A stretch of DNA of 40,000 nt from Gammaproteobacteria bacterium (GTDB lineage Bacteria > Pseudomonadota > Gammaproteobacteria > Pseudomonadales > Azotimanducaceae), in the NCBI GenBank assembly GCA_026706385.1, contig JAPOYV010000086.1:17985-57984 (forward strand), given 5' to 3'. The notes beneath the pieces are model-generated. The model saw only the letters and a list, made by a program, of their open reading frames with translations, was not told where the DNA came from and did no database searches. This document shows positions 7,659-16,700 of the stretch, piece by piece. Made by a program: the position numbers and the translations under genes. Position 1 is the stretch's first letter. The number at the start of each line of letters is the position of its first letter.

Positions 7659-9131
7659 TTACTCGGTCACGTAGCGCGTACGCACCGTGTAGACGCTATC
7701 GCCGGTCAGCACGCCGGAGCGTCCGAACAACCGCCCGTTCTCCCAGTTCGACAACCCCAGTTCGGGCTTGTTGAGGGCGAACTGGCCGTCCACCCAGCGC
7801 GTGTGGCCGTCGCCTGAGAACGGTGCATCCACGGCTGAGAAGAACCGCTCCTGTTCCGCGGGCGCGCTGGAGATGAGCGAGGCCACGAGGCGCGGGCTGT
7901 AACGGTTGAACAGGCCGACCGCCTCGTCGATCGAGTCGACGCTGAGCAAGGTGATTTCCGGCGCCTCCTCCCACTCCCACTCCGTTCCGAGGCTGTCAAT
8001 GGCGATCGGCTCGGCCTGGGGTTCCGCAACCGGGCCCTCGGCGCGCACGATGTTGACGGTCTGCTCGAAGAGCTCCGCCGGCACCAACCCTTCGCTGCCT
8101 TCGACGACGTGCAGCTTGTAAGGATGGCCGCGCGCCTGGGCGGCCTCCTGGAGCGCGCCAAGTACGATCGAGCCACGATGTGCGCCCTCGGCACCGCCGA
8201 CCACGCAGCAGGTATTGAGCGTATTGCAGACCTTGCGGTCCAGCGAGCGCACGACCGCGTCGTGGACGTCCCGGTCCGGCGCGTATTGCGAGACCATGAT
8301 CCACGCCCCGCCCGTGCCGTGCAGGCTGACCGGCGTGCCGACGCTTTGCGCCAACGAGCCGAGCGTCTTGACCGCGTGCCCGGAACCGCGGGCCACGGCG
8401 AGCGCGAGACGACTGTCCATGAAGAGTGCCCAGCCCGCCGCGTGCGCCTTGCTGTCGAGAAGCGATACGGCTCCTGCGGGCAACCCGGCCGCAACCAACG
8501 CCGGCTCGATGGCGCATGACATGATCGCCCGCGCGGTGCCGAGCGCGTCGGCGCCGATGCGAAACACGACGGTGTTGCCGCCGCGGAGCACACCGCAGGC
8601 GTCGGCGAGCACGTTCGGCCGGCCTTCGAAGACGAAGGCGACGATGCCGAGGGCCGCACCGATCATCTCGATGCGGAAGCCATCGTGCTGGACGGCTTCG
8701 AGCACGGCACCCCGGCGCGAGGGCATCGCCGCCCAGCCGCTTAAGCCCTCGATCATCTTCGCGCGCATCGCGTCCGAGACACCCAGGCGGGTCGTCGAGC
8801 GGCCCCGACGACGGGCACTCGCCACGTCCTCGGCGTTGACAGTGGCTATCCGTTTCCACACACCGTCGTCCTCCAGCGCCCGCGCGGCCTCGCCGTAGAA
8901 GGCGACGACGGCATCGTCCGCGACCGCATGCATCGCCTCGAATGCGCCTGCGGCACGATCCACCGCGTCCCGGGCGCGCGTGAGTTCCTGTTCGGGCACA
9001 TGCAGCAATCCCGCGACGTCGTTGGCCAGCACCCGGTCGCCCGGCCGAAAGGCGGACGCCAAGGCGTCGTCAACGACGAATGCGCGGCCATGCGGCGACA
9101 ACACCGCGCTACCGGGCTTAAGGTCCAACAC
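7659..9131 (-). CDS. Gamma-glutamyl phosphate reductase (ProA)-like aldehyde dehydrogenase paralog with an N-terminal extension
   Basis: NAEDVASARRRG, LGIVAFVFEGRPNVLADACGVLRGGNTVVFRIG, GLPAGAVSLL and KVCNTLNTCCVV align by eye with E. coli ProA blocks (NAQDVADARANG, VIGVIYEARPNVTVD..., GLPAGAVQ, STCNTVETLLV). There is an extra leader of about 50 aa and no adjacent proB. Confidence 0.65.
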   Translation of the reverse strand: MLDLKPGSAVLSPHGRAFVVDDALASAFRPGDRVLANDVAGLLHVPEQELTRARDAVDRAAGAFEAMHAVADDAVVAFYGEAARALEDDGVWKRIATVNAEDVASARRRGRSTTRLGVSDAMRAKMIEGLSGWAAMPSRRGAVLEAVQHDGFRIEMIGAALGIVAFVFEGRPNVLADACGVLRGGNTVVFRIGADALGTARAIMSCAIEPALVAAGLPAGAVSLLDSKAHAAGWALFMDSRLALAVARGSGHAVKTLGSLAQSVGTPVSLHGTGGAWIMVSQYAPDRDVHDAVVRSLDRKVCNTLNTCCVVGGAEGAHRGSIVLGALQEAAQARGHPYKLHVVEGSEGLVPAELFEQTVNIVRAEGPVAEPQAEPIAIDSLGTEWEWEEAPEITLLSVDSIDEAVGLFNRYSPRLVASLISSAPAEQERFFSAVDAPFSGDGHTRWVDGQFALNKPELGLSNWENGRLFGRSGVLTGDSVYTVRTRYVTE

Positions 9132-9174
9132 GCGAAGACTCCGTTCCCATCCGACCCATCAGCGCAGTGTAAGC

Positions 9175-10716
9175 CTAGGGGACGACGTGCTCGATATGCA
9201 GCGCGACCGCTTCGGCGCCAAGTCGCGTCCGCGCGACAGCGCTCTCGATGTCGCCGCTCGTCGAGGTCGGCGACCCACCGAGACTCGCTCTCGCCATCAC
9301 GTCAAGCGCCCCGAGGTCGGACAGCCTGATGCCGGGCAACATCGCGTCGTCATCGGTGAGCGTGATTCGCGCCGGCAAGTCGCCAACCACCAACCGTCGC
9401 ACTGCCACGGGTGGCCCCGGCACGTCGGGCCGCCGGACGATCACGAATACCGGCGTGGCGGGGCCCAACACGGCGTCGGTCGCCACATGGACGGCGACGC
9501 CGGCCGACACGCCAGGGGACGCGACACCCAAGGCGAGAAGGACACGGGGCTGGGCGGTGGGATCCACGGGTGCAGACACGGCCTGCGCGACGCTGTCGCC
9601 AGCGGCGCCGGTGTCAGATAGCTGGGCCACCACCTCCAGCGGGCCGGATTCTGACAACGGTGACTCGGCGGTCATGCTGACGGCGTCGTCAAGGGTCAAG
9701 GTCTGCGTCGCTCTGGACGGTCGCCGAACAACAGCCCGGGGCATGCCCCCGCCAACCGGGCGCGCGAACACGGTGAGCCACGGTGGTGGCGCGCCTGCGA
9801 CCTCCACCGTCACCTCGATGAGCGGCCGGGCGGCGTCGAGGCGAGCACGCACGAGGGCCAGGGTTTCGTCCAGCAGGGCCCGCCGGCTGTCCATAAGCGG
9901 CTGGCGCAAGGCGCGGTCGAGAAAGCCCACGGCGTCCGCGAACGAAGACCGGCGGATCGCGTCCATGGCCAGCAATTCCAGCATGTTGGGATGTTCCGGC
10001 CGGCGTCCGAGCACGCGCTCGACGATCGCAAGCGTCGCCTCGTCGAGCACGCCGCCCGCCGCCAGGAAACCGGCCTGCGCCCACGTCAGGTCGATCTGCT
10101 CGCTGCCACCGGTCAGCTCGTGAAGGGCCGCGAAGGCCTCCGCCGCACCGGCGTAGTCCGCGGACCTCATCCGCAGGTGACCGAGATAGAACCAGCCGTC
10201 GCCATCCTTCGGCCGCCGCGCTACACGAGCGGCCAAGACACGCGCCAGATCGGCCAACGCCTCCGGGGTGGCATCGTCGTCCGCCATCAGCGCGGTCGCC
10301 TTGGCCAGCGTCGGCCCATCGGGTTCGCCCCAAAGCGCGTACAGCCCGATGGCCAACACGACGGCCGCCACGCAACCGCCCACCAGTGGCAGCAAAGGCG
10401 GCCGGGCGGCAGTCGCGGGGGGCTCTTGCTTGCGAGGGGCACGCCCCTCGCGCTCCCCCGCTGAGGGCTCCGCACGGTCTTCATCGGTGGCAGTCCCGCC
10501 GATGAACTCGAGCGCCAATTCCTGCTCGAGCGCTGCGACCTCGTCGCCCCGCATGTCCTGAACGCGCGCTTCGGCGGCGATCTCTGCGCGGCGGTCGGCA
10601 AGCAACGCACCCGCCTCGTCGCCGGGCTCCCGTCTGGGTTGGCGCAGCGCGCCCGCCACGACCACCGCCAAGGCCACGAGCGCCAGCGCCCCCGCACCTA
10701 GCCAGACTTCAACCAT
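9175..10716 (-). CDS. ccmI: Cytochrome c-type biogenesis protein CcmI (CycH), TPR protein
   Basis: It is the last gene of ccmFGHI. It has an N-terminal TM, a charged loop, a second TM, TPR-like repeats and the long C-terminal domain. Its ATG overlaps the ccmH stop (ATGA at 10714-10718). Confidence 0.75.
   Translation of the reverse strand: MVEVWLGAGALALVALAVVVAGALRQPRREPGDEAGALLADRRAEIAAEARVQDMRGDEVAALEQELALEFIGGTATDEDRAEPSAGEREGRAPRKQEPPATAARPPLLPLVGGCVAAVVLAIGLYALWGEPDGPTLAKATALMADDDATPEALADLARVLAARVARRPKDGDGWFYLGHLRMRSADYAGAAEAFAALHELTGGSEQIDLTWAQAGFLAAGGVLDEATLAIVERVLGRRPEHPNMLELLAMDAIRRSSFADAVGFLDRALRQPLMDSRRALLDETLALVRARLDAARPLIEVTVEVAGAPPPWLTVFARPVGGGMPRAVVRRPSRATQTLTLDDAVSMTAESPLSESGPLEVVAQLSDTGAAGDSVAQAVSAPVDPTAQPRVLLALGVASPGVSAGVAVHVATDAVLGPATPVFVIVRRPDVPGPPVAVRRLVVGDLPARITLTDDDAMLPGIRLSDLGALDVMARASLGGSPTSTSGDIESAVARTRLGAEAVALHIEHVVP
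10429..10458. repeat. REP-like palindromic 30-mer, copy A (inside ccmI coding sequence)
   Basis: cttgcgaggggcacgcccctcgcgctcccc matches 31809-31838 at 29/30 positions. It contains the hairpin gcgagggg-N4-cccctcgc and is read in frame as GEREGRAPRK in CcmI. Confidence 0.8.
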
Positions 10717-11180
10717 CAGCCATCTTCCAGGAGACGCCGCACCCGCTCGCTGTCCACCTCGCTCAACGCGGCGGGCGCGCCCCGCCGGGCCGCGCGCACC
10801 AGCAACCCCACGACGACGGCGAGCAGCAAGACGGGTGAGAACCAGAGCAGCCAGGTCGAAGCCTTGAGCGGCGGGTCGTAGAGCACGAAATCGCCGTAGC
10901 GCTTCTGCAGGTAGGCGCGGATGGCCGCGTCCGATTCACCTTCCTCCATCAGGCGGCGGACGGCACGGCGGAGGTCCACGGCAATGGGCGCGCCGGAACT
11001 GGCCAGCGACTCGTTGAGGCACTTCGGACAGCGGAACTCGGAGATCAGGCGTTGGTAGCGCGTGGCGGCCTCGGGATCCGGAAAGTCGAAGCTGTCGATC
11101 GCCGACGCCCCTAGGCAGGTCGCGAACGCCAACAGCAGCACCACGCGAATCGCACGCTCCATGGACACGCGCGCCTTCAC
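10716..11180 (-). CDS. ccmH: Cytochrome c-type biogenesis protein CcmH
   Basis: It has a signal peptide, an FRCPKC (RCxxC) motif, and a C-terminal TM (WLLWFSPVLLLAVVVGLLV). The GTG start overlaps the ccmG stop (GTGA); an alternative ATG lies at 11162. Confidence 0.85.
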   Translation of the reverse strand: MKARVSMERAIRVVLLLAFATCLGASAIDSFDFPDPEAATRYQRLISEFRCPKCLNESLASSGAPIAVDLRRAVRRLMEEGESDAAIRAYLQKRYGDFVLYDPPLKASTWLLWFSPVLLLAVVVGLLVRAARRGAPAALSEVDSERVRRLLEDG

Positions 11181-11701
11181 CGGATCGCCTCGATAGCCGG
11201 CGCGATTTCTTCACGCCAAATCGTCTCGTCGACCGCGCCGACATGCTTGTAGCGGATGACGGCGTCGGCATCCAACAGGAACGTCTCCGGCGCGCCGTAG
11301 ACCCCGAGGTCCACACCGAGATCGCCGTCGGTGTCCACCACGCTGAACGCGTACGGGTCGCCGTGACGAGCGAGCCACGCCACGGCGTCGGCCGAGTCGT
11401 CCTTGTAGTTGATACCCACGACGGACAGGCCGGTCTCGCGGATCCGCTTGAGTTCGTCGTGTTCGGCGAGACAGGTCGGGCACCAGGTCGCCCAGACGTT
11501 GACCAGGCGGACTTCGCCCTTGAGGTCGGCCTGCGTCGCGCGGCCGCTGCTGCCAAGTACCGGCAGGTCGAAGGGCGGAAACGGCTGATCGAGCAGTGCC
11601 GAAGGCAGCAAGTGCGGATCGCGCAAGCTGAAGCCGAGGTAGAGAACGACGGCGAGCGTCGCGAACCCCAGGAGCGGCCCAAACAGCCGAGCGCGGTTCA
11701 C
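11177..11701 (-). CDS. ccmG: Thiol:disulfide interchange protein CcmG/DsbE
   Basis: This is the C-terminal 175 codons of the artefactual 746-aa ORF. It has an N-terminal [10 protein letters not shown] (thioredoxin CxxC) and [10 protein letters not shown]. The GTG at 11701..11699 overlaps the ccmF TGA (GTGA). Confidence 0.85.
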   Translation of the reverse strand: MNRARLFGPLLGFATLAVVLYLGFSLRDPHLLPSALLDQPFPPFDLPVLGSSGRATQADLKGEVRLVNVWATWCPTCLAEHDELKRIRETGLSVVGINYKDDSADAVAWLARHGDPYAFSVVDTDGDLGVDLGVYGAPETFLLDADAVIRYKHVGAVDETIWREEIAPAIEAIR

Positions 11702-13650
11702 GAAGTCGCTTGTGCCCCGGCAGCCGGAGCAGCCGGTGCCGCGGATGGCGGTGACGGGCGCGCGCGTCCCTCCAGGCGTCGATAGCGCCGATCGAGTACC
11801 GCGAGCACGCCCCCGGCCGCCATCAACAAGGCGCCGAGCCAAACCCAGCGAACCAGCGGCTTGTCGTTGATGCGCACGCCCCAGGCGCCGTCCGGGAGCG
11901 GCTCCCCCAGCGCGACATACAGGTCGCGGGTGAAGCCGGCCGCGATTCCCGCTTCCGTCATGACCTGCCCGCCTGCCGCGTAGCGCCGTTTCTCGGCGCG
12001 GAGCGTGACGCCGGTGTCGGTCACGAAAACGCCTTGGTCGGCGACATAGTTCGGTCCCTGCACCACGCGCAAGTCGCGGAACAGGTAGGTGACACCATTT
12101 AAGTCGGCGGATTCGCCCACGGCCAGCTTGACGTCCAACTCCTGGGAGAACTGGCTGGTGACACCGATCCCGACCATGCTGACGGCGAAGCCGAAATGGG
12201 CGAGGGCCATGCCCAGGTAGGCGCGCGTCCAAGCGCCGCGACGATGGCGCAGGTCGACGACCAGCACCGAGGCGATCCAGATGCCGGCCGCGACCGCAAC
12301 AAGCGCTCCGAGCTTGATCGTGCCGGTCAACGCCAGCGGCAGGAGCACTCCGAGCCCTAATGCGATCGCGAAGGCCACACCCGCCTGTGCGAAGAGCTTG
12401 AGCGGCGTTCGCTTCCACCGCGCGATCGGCGCCACCGCCAGCGCGGCGGCCAACACGAGCGCCAGCGGTACGAACGACGTGTTGAAGTACGGCGCCCCCA
12501 CCGACATCTTTTCGCCGCCGGTGATCGCCTCGTAGGCGAGCGGGTACAACGTCCCGATCAAGACCACGGCAAGCGCGAGGACCAGCAGCAGGTTGTTGGC
12601 GAGCAACATGAACTCGCGCGACAGACCCCCGTAGCGCGCCCAACTGCCGATGGTCGGCGCGCGCAGACCGTAGAGCGTCAGCGCCCCGCCGACCGCCAAT
12701 ACGAGGAGCCAGAGGATGAACAGGCCGCGCTCCGGATCGGCCGCGAAACTGTGCACCGAAGTGATGACTCCCGAGCGCACGATGAAGGCACCGAGTAGCG
12801 ACAGCGAAAACGCGGCGATGGCGAGGAACACGGTCCAGCTCTTGAACGCGCCCCGCTTCTCGGTGACGGCCAGCGAGTGCAGCAGCGCGGTGCCCGCCAA
12901 CCAGGGCATGAACGAGGCGTTTTCCACCGGATCCCAAAACCACCATCCGCCCCAGCCGAGCTCGTAGTACGCCCACCAGCTCCCGAGCGCGATACCCACG
13001 GTGAGGAATGCCCAGGCGACGTTGGTCCACGGGCGCGTCCACCGCGCCCAGGCCGCATCGAGGCGTCCGGAGGCCAGACCCGCCACGGCGAACGAAAACG
13101 CGACCGCGAAGCCGACATAGCCAACGTAGAGCAGTGGCGGGTGGACGATCAGGCCGAAGTCCTGCAGCAACGGGTTCAGGTCGGACCCTTCCACGGGCCC
13201 ACCCACCAGGCGCTCGAACGGTGAACTGGTCGCCAGCAGGAAGAGCAGGAAGCCCGCGTTCAGCAACCCCAGCGTGCCCAGGACGCGGCCGAGGATGTCG
13301 TCGGGCAGCCGGGTGCCACGGAGACCCACCGCCGCCGTCCATCCGGCCGTGACCAGCGTCCACAACAGGAACGAGCCTTCGTGGCCGCCCCAGGTCGCAC
13401 TGATGCGGTAGTACCAAGGCAACGCGGTGTTCGAGTTCTCCGCGACGTAGAGAACGGAGAAGTCACTGGTCACGAACGCATACACGAGTGCCGCGAAACC
13501 CAAGGCGATGGCGCCGAATTGCGCGCACGCGAGCGTCTCCGCGGTCCGCCGCCAGGCCCCGTCCCACGCCGTCCAATACCCGATGCCGGCAAGCGCCAAC
13601 GCCATCACGAACGCGACGACGGTGGCGAAGTGCCCAAGTTCGACGATCAC
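11698..13650 (-). CDS. ccmF: Cytochrome c heme lyase subunit CcmF
   Basis: [19 protein letters not shown] (WWD domain), multiple TMs and conserved His are present. Start chosen at GTG 13650 ([14 protein letters not shown], about 650 aa). The ORF-track start at 13728 lies inside the upstream terminator hairpin. Confidence 0.9.
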   Translation of the reverse strand: MIVELGHFATVVAFVMALALAGIGYWTAWDGAWRRTAETLACAQFGAIALGFAALVYAFVTSDFSVLYVAENSNTALPWYYRISATWGGHEGSFLLWTLVTAGWTAAVGLRGTRLPDDILGRVLGTLGLLNAGFLLFLLATSSPFERLVGGPVEGSDLNPLLQDFGLIVHPPLLYVGYVGFAVAFSFAVAGLASGRLDAAWARWTRPWTNVAWAFLTVGIALGSWWAYYELGWGGWWFWDPVENASFMPWLAGTALLHSLAVTEKRGAFKSWTVFLAIAAFSLSLLGAFIVRSGVITSVHSFAADPERGLFILWLLVLAVGGALTLYGLRAPTIGSWARYGGLSREFMLLANNLLLVLALAVVLIGTLYPLAYEAITGGEKMSVGAPYFNTSFVPLALVLAAALAVAPIARWKRTPLKLFAQAGVAFAIALGLGVLLPLALTGTIKLGALVAVAAGIWIASVLVVDLRHRRGAWTRAYLGMALAHFGFAVSMVGIGVTSQFSQELDVKLAVGESADLNGVTYLFRDLRVVQGPNYVADQGVFVTDTGVTLRAEKRRYAAGGQVMTEAGIAAGFTRDLYVALGEPLPDGAWGVRINDKPLVRWVWLGALLMAAGGVLAVLDRRYRRLEGRARPSPPSAAPAAPAAGAQATS

Positions 13651-13705
13651 GGCGCGACTATAGCAAGGCGGTGCGCCGACGGCTGACCCGCGGGCGTCCC
13701 AGGCG

Positions 13706-13729
13706 GGTGCGGACGCGGACGTCCGCACC
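13706..13729 (-). terminator. GC-rich hairpin downstream of the S8 protease gene
   Basis: ggtgcggacg-cgga-cgtccgcacc forms a perfect 10-bp stem with a 4-nt loop, 26 nt after the stop at 13755. There is no U-tract, so function as an intrinsic terminator is uncertain. Confidence 0.45.
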
Positions 13730-13754
13730 GCAATTCACTACGCCAGACCGTGTC

Positions 13755-16700
13755 CTAGCGGCTCCCCGCGCGTTCGAAGATCATGATCCCGCGCGGCGCG
13801 GACGCATAGATGTGACGCCCGTCCGGCGTCGCCGCCAAGCCACGGTCGAAGCTGAAATACGGCAGATTGTTGTCGAACGCGTCGACGCCACCGGGATTCA
13901 GCAGTTCCTCTTGACGCAAGCTCGGGTCGCCGGGCATGAGTCGCCGAGCGAGCGCGAGGTCACGGCACAGGACGTCGACCGTCATCGTCCGCTGGCGGGT
14001 ATCGGCGAACGCGCACACCGGTTCGCCGAAGCCAATGAAGGAAGACCGGTCGTCTACGACGATGAAGGGATCGAACTCGGGCTCGACGCCCGCGCTCTGA
14101 GCGATCAGGGCTGGCGCCGTGGGATCGGCGAGGTCGAATGCGGCGACCCCGCGTTCCTCGGTCACCCCGAAGAGGTAGCGCCCAGACCGTTCAGCGAGCA
14201 GCAGCGTCAACGGCACGTCCATCGACGCGTGCGCGCTGATCGGCGCCAGTGCCCCGGTGGCCACATCCCGCAGAAAGACCTGCAGCGCCTGCTCGGTCGC
14301 CACGTAGAGGAACTCGTCCGTACCACCGAGCGCCGCCGCAGTAACGCCGAAGATCGGGACGCCGCCCACCAGTTCGACCGCGGTGCGCTCCTCGTTGAAG
14401 CGCAACGTCACGATGCCGAATGCGCCGACGAAGTGCACGAAGGTGCCGCTTGCGTCGCGCAAAACCGTCCCCGGCGGTAGCTCGCCGGCGATGCAGGGGA
14501 CGACGCCCGCGATTTCCATTCCCTCGTCAAGCCCGGCACCGGCTTCGTCCGTTGCGAACTTGCGAACGCCCGAGCAGGCGACGGCGATGACTGCCGAACC
14601 GTGCGTATCCCAGAACAGCACTGCGCTGTCGTCAACCCCGTCCAGGGTCTGCATGTGGCTCAGTGCGCCAGTGCCCGCGCGTCGCGAATAGACCTGCAGC
14701 CCGGATTCCGTTGCGACGTACAACTCGCTGCCGTCGTCGTTGAGCGCGATGCTGTCCGGCGATGCGAGATCGAGGATGCTGCCGCCCGGATCGAAATCGC
14801 CGTCCGCCACCGCCCCCGCATACTTGAGCCAGGTCGGCGACCCGTTCGGTGCCCAACTCAGCGCGAACTCACCGCCTCTCGCAGTCCCGTCCGTGCCCAC
14901 GCGAAGAGCGTAGCGCTCGCCGGCTTCTGCACGGAATATCAGGATGGGATCCGGCAAACGGCGGCTGACGGCAACGGGTTCGGGCGCCAAGGTGCCGTCC
15001 GAATGGATCTCGAACGCAGACACGACGCTGGCGCCAAACCGGTCCGCGAGCGCAACCCGGTACCACCGGGATTCCGGGACGTCCCAAGTCCACCACACCG
15101 ACGAGTCGCCGAGCAGCCCCACGGGCTCGCCAGCCGAGACCGTGGCGAAGAGATTCGAGCCGACGACCGTTCCGGAGACACCAGCCATGGCACCGGCCGA
15201 CGCCAGTTCGTCGTTGGACGGCGTCGGCCCCCACTCGAAGCTGATCGGCCCGGGGATCGTCGGGACGAAACCCTGGTCGATCGGCAACCCCGCCGAGATC
15301 AGGTACTGCCGACCGGCAACGGCGTCGAAGGAAACCAACTGCTCGGTCTGGCGGTCACCGGAACTCTCGCCCAAGGCGACAAGGCGGTCGCCGACCTCGA
15401 CGATCGACAGCGCCAACGTCTCGTCGAACAGCGCCGCGGCACGCCACGTGTAGCGGCTGGTGAGCGGTGCTCGCCATGTCCACCACGCCGTCCTGACGCC
15501 GCTTTCGATCGGCTCGCCCGGTTCGACCGTGGCCGATGACAGGTCCGCGAGTCCGAAATGGAAGAAGGCGGGCGCCCCGAACATGGGTTCCGCGTTGGCG
15601 ATGTCGTCGTTGGAGCCGAAATCGCGCTGCTCTGGACCCCACGTCAGGATGTAGTCGCTGCCGGAGGTGTACGCGCTGTGCGCCGCGACCGCGATGGTGT
15701 AGGCCTCCCCAGCACGCGCCGGGAAAACGGCCGCGTCGCCCGGCTCTCCCGAGACCAGCCGCAGTTGGTCCACCGCGTCGCCCGTGAACGCCGTCACGTT
15801 CAGGTGGCGGCGGTCGACGCGGAAGCCGTAGTCGCCGTCGGCGGGCGCCGTCCACCGGTGCCAAGTGCTCGCCGCCATGGGCTGCAGCCGTTCGCCGACT
15901 TGCTCGGTTGCGCTCAAGTTGCTGCCAGCATACTCGCCGCTCTCGCCGCCAAGCTCCGTGGCGAGTTCGAAGTTGTCGTTGGCCGGTAGCGACGCGCGCT
16001 GCCAATGCAGCGACAACGGCACCACCGGGCGGCGGCGGATCGGACCCTCGCCGGCCGCGCCGTATTCGAACAACTGCGCTCGCGTCACAGCGAGCCGGAC
16101 GGCGTAGGTCTGACCGCGGCGCGCGGCGAACGTCAGTCCGCCACCGAACTTCGCCGCGATGTGCTCGAGGTCCGACATGCCGAGCCCGTGCGCTTCGAAG
16201 ACGTCCAACTGGATGTCGTCGCCGATGCCCTCGCCCGAGCCGGGAATGGCAAAGCGGACCAAGTCGGTCGTGGGCGCCTTCCAGCGATACCACAGCGAAC
16301 GTGGGCGGCGCTGACTCTGGTACCGGCCATAGTCGTCCAGCAAGCCTTGCGTGAACGCCGGTTCGCCGGGCTCGGGCGTGGCCAGGATCAGATCGAAGTC
16401 GAGGCTTCCTGCATCGCCGGCCAACTCCGTGGCCGCGGCGAAGTGGTCGTTAGCCGGCGGTGTGGTGGCAGGAGTGGCCGGGACGTCGGATGAGCCGATC
16501 GCGACGTCGACCGATGCCGAGGCCGAGGTCGCATTCCAGGCCGAGGCGGTGAGGAAGAGGCGGAACCGCGCGGCCGACGGCAACTGCTTGAATACCAGCT
16601 TGACGGTCTGTTGCTCGCCCACCGCGACCTCGCCGAGCGCAATGGCGTCGCCGGATTCGCCCGCCAAGGTCCGGTTCACGGCATCTTCGCGCAAAGCACC

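Noticed and set aside
11177-13417. 746-aa minus-strand ORF in the track.
   Set aside because: It is out of frame with, and overlaps, the clearly genuine ccmF. Its N-terminal 570 aa are Arg/Gly/Pro-rich shadow sequence typical of high-GC DNA. Only the last 175 codons (ccmG/DsbE, GTG start at 11701) are real.
13651-13728. Longer CcmF start at 13728.
   Set aside because: The extra 26 residues ([26 protein letters not shown]) are non-hydrophobic and unlike CcmF N-termini. Their coding region also overlaps the 10-bp-stem hairpin that follows the upstream gene.
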